DNA of 55,381 nucleotides, taken from contig JBNGIO010006379.1 in the NCBI GenBank assembly GCA_049999805.1, positions 610,165 to 665,545 on the forward strand, given 5' to 3'. The notes below the pieces were generated by a model, which was not told where the DNA came from, ran no database searches, and worked only from the letters and a program-made list of their open reading frames with translations. Below, one piece after another: positions 12,311 through 21,953 of this stretch (its first letter is position 1; each line of letters begins with the position of its first letter). The position numbers and the translations under genes are program-made. Source of the DNA: Folioceros fuciformis (lineage: Eukaryota).

Positions 12311-14535
12311 ATGGAGTCTTCAAGGACGGGCTGGATGTCACTCGCGCTTCTCGCTCTCACGCTGGCTGCAGTGTCTGGGGATGAACATCTTTTCCAGCCT
12401 GTAACTTACCCTGTCGGAAACTTGACCTCCATGCCGAACTGGTTTCCGAATGAGATCGACACGAGCTTCTATCAGAATTGGATCGACCAACTGACCGTCT
12501 ACGTGAACGACTCCTTGAGTAAGCTGGTGTCGCTGCTGTTTGCAGGCCTTGCGCTTGCGTGCCATGTTGCTCGACTCGAGGGTTTCGTCGTTTCTCACCA
12601 CGCGTAGCTGCCTGTTAATGTTGCCATGGCACCAGTGTTCCTGGTGAGCGACTCCAGCCATGACGTAACCCTGGTCGGGTCAGAGGGTGAGCTGTCGGAC
12701 TGCTGGATGGCGGACGGGCGCACTCTTGCCCGGGGGCCCGTCAATTACACAGTTCCCTTCCCCGACGTTGGCGCCGTCTACTTCTTCCTCAGCTCCGGGC
12801 CAAACAGTGTAAACTCTAGCGCAGATTGCCGGAAGGGAATGCAATTTTCCTTCACCGTCTCGTCTCGGCTCGCTCCGGACGGGAACTCTGGGGGCTCCGA
12901 TTCTAATTCTCTTCCGCCGATTGCGATTGCGCATCCGGCTACGCCCGCGACGGCCCCTGCCCCTGCGCCTGGGCCTGTGCTTGTGCCTGCACCTTCGTTT
13001 CCGGCGGAGAACGCTCCCGCTCCTGGTCCTGCTCCCTCTCTTTGCCCTCTACTGTTGCTTGGTCTTTAGAAGGAGCTTCTCTCTCTGAATGAGGCGGATG
13101 GGCCTTTGGCAGGGAATGGCAACTCGAGTATGAAAACCGATCAGGGGGTGACGGGGAAGACGATTCCAGTGGCAGGTAGACCGACAGTGCTTGCCGTCCA
13201 GATTTCTTCTGCTGTTGAGTACTGAAATCTCTTGATCTGGCAACTGAACGATAGGGATTGGTTCTGATGGGTGCAGCGGTAGCATTGGCCACCACCGTCA
13301 TCTCAGTTCTTGCTCTATCTGTTCTAGGGGTGAAGCTCTGTCGGGAGCAATATGGATCTAAGCCCAGGGCCAGGTATGAAGAACGACATGTCGTACATGC
13401 TCGTTCATTCGACAATGCTGGTGAAGCCCCAGTGGTTGCCATCAATGGCATTTTGGAGGGTGGTGACGCTCGACGCTCCACAGGCATCACCTTCACCTAT
13501 GATGAGCTGAATCGAGCAACAAGCAGCTTCTCTGAAAAGAACGAGGTTGGGAAAGGAGGGTCTGGCACAGTGTTCAAAGGGACTTTGGATGATGGCAAAA
13601 CCGTGGCCATTAAAAAGCTAAAGCTGCCCTGTGGTGGGGAGCAGTTCGTACACGCGGTGGGCGTCCTCTCGCAAGTGAAACACAGGAATCTTGTCAGGCT
13701 TCTGGGCTGCTGCATCGAAGTGTCAAGTCCGTGTTTGGTGTACGAGTTCGTATCAAATGGCACTTTGCAGTATCACCTATCTCTGGCACGGTTTGGCTTC
13801 GGCACCGGGCTTGATTGGAACGCAAGGTTTAGGATTGCTCTTCAAACAGCTGAGGCACTCAAGTACTTGCATGTCCAAGCAACACCATCAATTGTCCATC
13901 GGGACGTGAAGTCGGCCAATATCCTACTAGACCACAACTTCAACGGCAAAGTGGCGGACTTTGGAATTTTCAAGCTGGTGGACTTGGAAGCCACACATGT
14001 GTCCACAACCGCGAAGGGAACTCTTGGCTATCTGGATCCGGATTATATCTACAACTGGCAGCTCACCGACAAAACAGACGTGTACAGCTATGGGGTTGTG
14101 CTACTGGAGCTGATCACGTCCAAGAAGCCCGTAGACTATTCCCAATCTGACGAGGTGGAATATCTTGCTTTGACCTCAATTCCCTTGATCAAGAGTGGGA
14201 GGGTCCGCGAAATTATTGACTCGCGTATGTTGTTCACGCTTTCACCAGAGGACTTGCATGCAGTTGAGGCAGTCGCACAGGTGAGCTGTCAGTTTTGAGC
14301 TGTGTGAGGAGCCCCTTAAGATCAGCAGAGAGCAGAAGGTGCTCAAACTAACAGTCTGTGGTGGCAGGTTGCGGTGGCATGCCTGGGGTCGTCAAGAGCC
14401 TCAAGACCGTCCATGAGTGAAGTCGTGGAAATGCTGCGAAGGATCAGGGGATCCAAGTTGAAGGCTGATGAGTTATACAGCAAGTCTGATGGTGGAAATG
14501 CTGCAGAGGCTCAGGGGATCCAAGCTGAAGGCTGA
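12311..14535 (+). CDS. Putative chimeric receptor-like kinase: signal peptide, phytocyanin (plastocyanin-like) domain, Pro/Ala AGP-like linker, TM, WAKL-type Ser/Thr kinase
   Basis: Signal peptide MESSRTGWMSLALLALTLAAVSG. Phytocyanin pattern YPVG..W..Y.NW..VNDSL|MF..HDV..C..G.VYF..C.KGMQF..V, with intron 12519-12635. TM LVLMGAAVALATTVISVLALSVLGV. Kinase motifs GKGGSG, VAIKK, HRDVKSANILLD, DFG, GTLGYLDP. The joining introns are inferred at 13026-13112 and 13148-13254. Final intron 14281-14368. Confidence 0.72.
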
Positions 14536-14693
14536 GGAGTTTTACAGCAAGTCTGATGGTGGAATGCTGCAGAGGCTCAGGGGATCCAAGCTGAAGGCTG
14601 AGGAGTTTTACAGCAAGGCTGATGGTGGAAATGCTACAAAGGATCAGGGGATCCAAGCTGGAGGATGAGGAGTTTTATAGCTAGGCTGATGAT
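14425..14693 (+). repeat. Tandem repeat, ~67-bp unit x4, overlapping the kinase 3' end
   Basis: gtggaaatgct...aggggatccaag.tg.agg.tga.gagtt.ta.agc.ag.ctgatg occurs four times. Confidence 0.92.
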
Positions 14694-15767
14694 TTCTACT
14701 GTTACACCGTATAATTGCGATACGAGGTAACGGCATCCTAGCAAGAGATTCAGGCTCAACGACCTAGGTCTTACGGTTCTCACCAGGGAAAGCGTCAAGA
14801 TCGAGCTGTGCAGGAGTCCAAGGCCCGCTTTCTCATCAAAGGTCAAGACAGCCCTCTCAGCGAGACACTCGTGCATGCAGTTCATTTGATGTGGAGCCAA
14901 AGCAGGTCGTACAGCTTCGCCTGTGGCAAGGTATGAGTCACGTTCCGCACAGGGGAAAGGGTGCAGTTCCTATGGACTTAGCACCGGCTTTTACTTCTAC
15001 GTCATTATATGGCAGTGAAATCATGGCAATAATCCTTCTTGGTTCTTTCAGCGGCGAATGAATTGAGTACTCACTCAGTTTGGCAACGTCTCTGCAACCA
15101 AGAGAGTGTACTTCTCCATGGATCCAGGGCCGACAATCAATTTTGGAAGATTACTACTGGGTCATCATACTTATAATGCGGACTACTCCGCACAAACGGA
15201 CAACGAGTTCATGATCAGTTATTTTTTATGCGTTATAACTCTTTCCGGGTGAAGAGTGAGAGTCCGGTTCACTGAACCTGGGAATGAGCACGACCACTAC
15301 AATGACGTTTCATACGTAGTGATTGGAGCTGAATAAAGTTGGTTGTTTATTGACCCACGGGGACCATGCCGAGGCGCAGGTGACGCAGTTTGCTGGATCT
15401 GGCTGGCGGCACTGTACATACATAGCTCCAGCTTAAATCACATCCAAATGTGGACGTGTACGTCTTTTCCGTCCAACTCTCCACCTACTGTACCTGCGTT
15501 CCCCGAAAGCTGACGCTTTGCATCCCCCGTGATTCCGCATACGGGCCACGTCAGGACGAATCCCGACGGAAATGCCGTTCTTCCGATTCTCCGTCTACCC
15601 CGGAGTTCCAACGGAACGGAGTTGAACTGGTGATGACGGGGCATTCCCGATCGTACCCTCCAACATTGATTGATGGCTATGGTGGATCGAGGTGCGCTCG
15701 ACTGAATCGGGATTGAACTCGATCGACGCACGCGACCTCGGGGGAGCACGCCCCTGGCCTTGCGGAA

Positions 15768-18700
15768 ATGCGAAACCGATGGACTGGCTTGGCCGCAGCC
15801 ATGCTGATCCAGGTACCGGGGCATTTTGGTGATTGATGCGTTTGCTGATGATGTGCAGATGTAGAGGTGTTATTGTTTACCGCAGTCGTTGCGCGATTCC
15901 GAGACCGCAACTCGACTGCAGCTCCTGGGGCTGGTTTGATGCAGGGCTGCGGAGGCCTGACTTACACGTACGCAGTTTACAGTGAGCATCTGAAGGACGC
16001 TCTGGACTACACGCAAGAGGATACGGATGATGTTGGAGCTGCTAAGGACTTCGGGTACTGCATTGGCATAATTGGTGGCCTACTGTACAACCATTTTGCA
16101 CCCTGGGTGACCATTTCTGTGGGAGCTTCGCTGCATTTCCTGGGCTATTTTATGGTCAGTGGATCTCTGATCGGGAGAGTTGCTTGTGTTGTTGTGCGTT
16201 TGGCTCCTAAGTTGGTCATCTCAGATTTTTCTTTCTGTGGTTGCTTGGACGTGTAGCTGTGGTTGGCAATCACGGAGAGAGTTGAAGTGCCCTTCTGGCT
16301 GGTATTGTGAAAAACACTCTGATTCGAGTCCTTGTCACGTTTTGGGTACTGTAGTTTCGTTTGTGAACGCTGTTTGTCCTGATCACTGTGATTGGAAGGT
16401 AGGTGTGTACATCTATAGCAGTGGGTGTCGGTGGTGACAGTTGGATGGACACCGCCTGCATGATGACCAGGTTTGTGATAACAGCTATCTGCCGGTGGCT
16501 GGACTTTGTGAAACACAGACCTGGTCCTTTTTTGGTTGCCCACCACCAAAGATTCTCGACCAGGTGATCGTGAGACTGAAGCGGTTGTGATATTCCGACT
16601 GGTCAGTTTGCAGAATTTCAAGGAAAGCCGCGGTACTGTAGTAGGTCTCGAAAAAGCACAGATCGGTATCAGTGGCGCAATGTTTGTGACGGTGAAGCTT
16701 TGACCTTTGCCCAAGTCTCATCGCAGCTTTGGTTGGTTCCATGATATGGGCTGGGTGAGGTCTTTTGTCTTGCTTACAGCAAACAATGTTCGCTACTGTC
16801 GCTCGGTTGGGCAGATTTACAAGGCATTTCTCCAACCAGATGTGGACAAGTTTGTTCTCTTGGTTGCTTTCACGCCTTCCATTGTGGGCTTGCTTATGGC
16901 ATTCTTCATTGTGCCTTCAACACATTCTGAGGATGACAATGCTAACCTGCGACTTCAATCTGCATATGTACGTTCTGGAACCATGCGTGGAATTATGCTG
17001 TTGGTTGAGTTCTCATGCGAAGGGCCCAGATCCTTTCATACAGAGTCGTAAGTTCTCCGTCATTGGGACTGGTGCAGGGTGGCATAATCGTACTTGCGGT
17101 GTTCCTTCTGATGACGATTGTCACTCAGGTGATATGACGGGTTGATTGATGAATTTGATTGAAATTTTATCTGACCGTCAGGCAATATATTAGGTGGAGC
17201 TTCATGGTAGGAGAAATGTTGAGTTGACAGATTCATTCTTCTCAAGGAATTTAACTGTGGTCAACCTTTGACATGGACGCGCAGGCCTTGCTACAAGTGG
17301 ATAAACCTGTGCTTATGTTCTTCGCTTTCTCCATGATCATCATTCTGGTGGTCACCTACACCTTGATGGTGAGTTGCCTTTCTTGTATGTCTGTGCTGAC
17401 AATTTGCCCTTCATGGAATGCGTCCCACCGATAACGTTTCTTTCCTTCACTACAAGCCAGAGTTACAGTGTGAGCATGTCTGTCAACTTACAAGGTCGGC
17501 ATCAACGTTTCCAGAGTACAGGAGTGAAGGAAGCTGTTCTAACTGACAAATTCGTGTGCAATCCACAGGTCTCAAGCCGATTGCTCCCTTTTCTTGCTGC
17601 TAGTTTGAAAGGATGCGGACTGGCACCTCATACGGGTCATCTTCCTTATGTAAAATCTGAAGCAGTACCAACAGAGGAATCATGTGACGGCACCACACCA
17701 CAATCAAGGGAATATAATGTGCCAAAGAATCACTCCCGTGGTGATCAGTCAGGTCAGGTCACCGACGTCCTTGAAGTAGAAGGCTTCCAAGTACACGGCC
17801 ACCGAAGATGAGCTGTAGGCTGAGAAAAGTTGATTGTCTACACATTGAAGGGCTTGAAGACGACACCATACCACTGAAAGCACAGAACGCCGTGAGTGAA
17901 AGCTTCAGTATAGAGGACAACACCTCTTTGCAGGAAAAAGGAATGCCCGGCGACTTGACACTCTGGCAAAGTATGCAGCAACTCGACTACTGGTGAGAGC
18001 TGCTAAACTACCCACGTGTCACCAGACTACGCGACATCATTCACAGCACCAGAGCTCTCTCAACTGATGGCTTGCCCGTGTATGCCTGCACCTGTGACGC
18101 AGGTTGCTGGCTTTGATTATGATGACTGGTCCAGGCAGTGGCCTAGCTGTTATAAACAACTTGGCTCAGGTGGGCAAACTTGAAACCTCTCCTGACCTTT
18201 GCTGGACGCAGAGGGGCAGGCTGCATACCCTTCTGGAAGCCTTGTCCAATGTGGTATTGTGCCATTTTCCAGATGGGAAAGGCTCTCCTTTCCAAAAATG
18301 TGGAACTATACGTAGGTCTGATCAGCATCTGGAGCTGCTTTGGGCGCCTGGCTGCTGGGTAAGTCTGCCTCGCCTTCATCACCTTCTGGTTTTTCTCAGT
18401 AAGAGCAGTTTCAAACCCACGGGTTTCCTTGTTGGCCTGATAGATATGGCTCTGATGCGATGGTGCGAGCGGGTTATCCACGTCCCTTATGCATCTTCCT
18501 ATCACAAGGAGCCTTGGCTGGGGGCTGCCTGTTACTGTCGCTCGGCCGTAAGTGCAACACACGCGGCTGCATTTGCATGGTTGAATAACACACGGAACTA
18601 ACTTACATGTCTGCTGCACAGGTGTCTCTCTCCTGTACGTAGGGTCAGCCGTGGTGGGGTTTTGCTATGGATCGTTCTGGGCGTTGACACCTGCGATCCT

Positions 18701-19081
18701 GTCGGAAGTTTTCGGGTTGCGCCACTTCGCAGCGATCTACAAGACCATTGTGTATGTGCCTTCCCCCAAGAGTTACCAGCTGGCAAGAACCACTTGTCTC
18801 GGTATCCCACGATTTGCATGCTGTGTGCCCATGACAGATCCTGCTCGCCTGTGGGGGCCTTCCTACTGTCCGCGAAGGTGATTGGTTTCCTGTATGACGA
18901 GGAGGTGGAACGGCTCCACGAGCAAAGTCTGGACCCTGATTTCGATGACCAGCACACTTGCTATGGGCACCAGTGTTTCCAGTTTTCGTTGCAGTTTATC
19001 GCTTTGATCTGTGTTGCTGGAGCTGCAGCCAGCGTGCTCTTGACATTCAGGACACAACGGTTCTACTCCCAATCGTCATAA
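15768..19081 (+). CDS. Nodulin-like / NFD4-like MFS transporter, copy B, multi-exon
   Basis: MRNRWTGLAAAMLIQ|GCGGLTYTYAVYSEHLK...DDVGAAKDFG, GPGSGLAVINNLAQ, ISIWSCFGRLAAG, SEVFGLRHF, LYDEE...CYGHQCF...RTQRFY. Confidence 0.88.
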
Positions 19082-19324
19082 GCCGTGGGGTGTCCGCTCA
19101 CTGACAACATTCTCATTTTGGTACCTTCATGCTCTCCTTCCCTGCAACCGTGTAAGATGCTTCATACGTACGTATGTCCCTACATACGTAGTTGTGATGT
19201 GCGATCATTGCTGGTCCCATGCCTGCTCGAAGATGAGTACGAAGGTTGGTTGTTCTCTTGTCCACATCGAAAGCAGAAACGGCATCGGTCCAAGAACAAG
19301 CCTGAATAGCAATGAGAGATGGTA

Positions 19325-19506
19325 GTGAAGATGTGGCATGTGTGGTATGCAAAAGCCAGACTGCAAGGCTTGAGGACAAGATTCGAGTGTGGAAGATGCC
19401 ATTCATAGCCTGCAAAAGCCAGATTGCAAGGTTTGAGGACAAGATTCACGTGTGGAAGATGCCATTCGTAGCCTGCAAAGCCAGATTGCAAGGCGTCAGG
19501 ACAAGG
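19325..19506. repeat. Tandem repeat, 63-bp unit, ~3 copies
   Basis: tgcaaa(a)gccaga.tgcaagg...aggacaag starts at 19348, 19411 and 19474. Confidence 0.85.
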
Positions 19507-20046
19507 TTTATGGTTCACTCACATGCAAGAGTACCCGGTCCCGTAGCAGCCTACTGGATTCTGCCGACATAGCTTCTACGGCTCTGTCCTGTTGCCTTTG
19601 CAGCTATCAACGTAAGAGGAGTTCTAACGTTCTATTGAACGATGGTGATGCGAAGAACCGTCCAGTAATCGAGAAGCTGGTGCTCACAAAGTCCACAGGG
19701 AAAACAATGTTTCTCCAGCAACAAACCGCTCTGATGAAGGAAACACTTTTCAAGGAGCTGGTATTTGAGAAATGCAGAGTCACCAAACTCTGAATAACAA
19801 TGCATAGCTTCCAAAAACATACAATATCCCGCTTCCCCCAAACGCGAAGGGAGGGGGAAGCAAAAACATTTACCGTTTAGAAGGTCCGACGACTTCACAC
19901 AAGGATATCCAACTCAAGATGCTATGCTAGGTAAGGAAGTGCAGAGTGCAGCATCCGCAGATTCGGATTTCCAGCGGTCTCTTCACGCATCCGATACTGG
20001 GTGCTGGGCATATGCTTCGTCGATGGATAACACTCACGCCAATACC

Positions 20047-21525
20047 TTACTTGTTTTTGCTCGCAAGGAAGAGACCCCATTTCTGCTCTCCCCGCGCACA
20101 CCTCTTCAGTTTAGACTGCCATCCACTCACGATAGCGTTGTAGTCTTCCTCCGAGAAGTCCCGCACGAAGTCATCCTTGGTCTTGAGCGTCGCGTTCAGC
20201 TCCTTAGTGAGGACGTCCACAAATTGCTCGGTGCGGTCCTCCGCGACCACGATCTCGAAGCCTGCGTCCTGCAGCATGTGGGCATACTGCTGCACACTGT
20301 GCAGGTAATAGCCGCGCTGCTTGATGTACTGGCTGAAGCTCGCAGACGGAGTCTGTGGAGCTCGGCAATAGTCGCTGATGAGCAGCTTACCTCCGGGCTT
20401 CAACCACTTGTAAAAGTTTCGGAACAATGTGGGCTTGTCGTGGATGTGCAGGAGAGTGTCCCGGCTGTATATCACATCGAATGAGCTGTCAGGATACACC
20501 TTCTTCGTGCAATCGCAGATTTCGAACTCGACGCTGCACTGGAGACCGATGGCTCGTCCCAGCGCGATGGCGATCATGTTAACGGAGAGGTCGATGCCAA
20601 CCACCTCAACCTCGTAGGTGTTAGCCATGTAGAAGTCACCTCCGCCGATTCCGCATCCGACATCCAGAACTTTCTGCCCCTTTTGCAGGTGCAGTTTGGA
20701 CACGAACTCCTTGGTGGTTTCCAAGCCTCCAGTGCTCACGAAACCATCCCCAAAGATGCGCTCGTACCGCAGAATGCCTGTCTGCGTGTACTGCACAGTG
20801 TCCAGGAACCGCTGCGCGCTCTTCTCCTCTGGACCCGACGAGGGCACCTTGGTCCAGAGCCAACAAATCTGATTCTGATTCCGCTTGTTGCGTACGTAAG
20901 CCCCGACGCATTTGCACTGAATAAGTTGCAGCTCTGAGTAGCTGCCGTCTTCCTCCTGGATGTGGCACTCCCCGAAAAGCTTGTTGTAGAAGCTGGGATC
21001 TCGGTAATGGGTCGGGTTGCTCTTTCTCTTGTAATCTCCTGACTGGTGGTAGCAGGATTCCCGAAAAAACAAAAATCCTCCCACCTTCAGCCACGCTATC
21101 ATCTTGGAAGCCAGCTCCTCCACCTCCTCATCGGCCAGGTACATGAGCAGCCAGTTGGAGAAGACCAGATCCGCCGACGCGTTTGGGATTCCCAGATCTG
21201 AGGAGGTCACATCCTTGCACTTGAACTCCACGTTCTTGTAATGTCCATTCACTTCCTCGTTCTTCTTGATGGCGTCCTCCATGAAATCCATAGCCACAAC
21301 ATGGCCAGCAGTCTTCACAAGTTCCCCAGTGAATCTCCCAATGCCAGCTCCCAGCTCGATCACAGACTTGCCACTGAGGGGAGGCAGGAGGCCCAGAATT
21401 TCCGGCCTCTCCTCCTTGTCCAGCTGCACCGCTTGGCTGTCCAACATCATAGCCTCCACGCTCAACACTAGCGTGTGCTCCTTCCAGTAATCTTTCTGCA
21501 AGCTGCGCTCACAAGCGGGAGCCAT
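20047..21525 (-). CDS. PEAMT: Phosphoethanolamine N-methyltransferase with two methyltransferase domains; intronless CDS
   Basis: QKDYWKEH...[12 protein letters not shown]1 [38 protein letters not shown]2 [35 protein letters not shown]. The ORF is uninterrupted. Confidence 0.96.
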   Translation of the reverse strand: MAPACERSLQKDYWKEHTLVLSVEAMMLDSQAVQLDKEERPEILGLLPPLSGKSVIELGAGIGRFTGELVKTAGHVVAMDFMEDAIKKNEEVNGHYKNVEFKCKDVTSSDLGIPNASADLVFSNWLLMYLADEEVEELASKMIAWLKVGGFLFFRESCYHQSGDYKRKSNPTHYRDPSFYNKLFGECHIQEEDGSYSELQLIQCKCVGAYVRNKRNQNQICWLWTKVPSSGPEEKSAQRFLDTVQYTQTGILRYERIFGDGFVSTGGLETTKEFVSKLHLQKGQKVLDVGCGIGGGDFYMANTYEVEVVGIDLSVNMIAIALGRAIGLQCSVEFEICDCTKKVYPDSSFDVIYSRDTLLHIHDKPTLFRNFYKWLKPGGKLLISDYCRAPQTPSASFSQYIKQRGYYLHSVQQYAHMLQDAGFEIVVAEDRTEQFVDVLTKELNATLKTKDDFVRDFSEEDYNAIVSGWQSKLKRCARGEQKWGLFLASKNK

Positions 21526-21914
21526 GGTGCAGGAGGCTGGACTGCGTTGCACTGCGCGGCTCGAGGCGGGGATGAAAACAAGGATTATCAGCAGGCTTGA
21601 AGTCGTGGCATTGAGGTCAGGCTCCTACAATAGCTAGCCGGGTGCGGGAGAAGCTCCTGGAGCGCTTGTTGCGAGAGCGCCCCTTCTGCTGCATCTGACG
21701 CACGAGCTCTGTGCGCCACAAATTCAGGGAAATCGCCTCTTCACTGTCTCACTTGGCCTTGTCCTGCTTGCTTGGACACTTGCATGCGCGATCGGTTCAT
21801 ATAGAATAGGTTTAGGTTTTGGCTTCTCCACTAGCTTAGCTTCCTATTGGGCTGTGGCTATGGGGTCATGACACGCACTGTTGCACCAGTTTCGAACGTA
21901 GATAGTAGGACGTT

Positions 21915-21923
21915 TTAGGGTTT
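21915..21923 (-). promoter_or_regulatory. Telo-box (AAACCCTAA) in the shared PEAMT / helicase-like divergent promoter
   Basis: TTAGGGTTT lies ~30 nt upstream of ATG 21954. Telo-boxes are typical of plant ribosome-biogenesis genes. Confidence 0.5.
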
Positions 21924-21953
21924 GGGGCGAGTCGCTGGAATGCGCAGGAGGAG

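Noticed and set aside
14425-14693. CRISPR-like array or separate 66-70 aa ORFs
   Set aside because: The whole 67-bp unit is repeated and derives from the kinase's last exon. The extra ORFs are by-products of the repeat.
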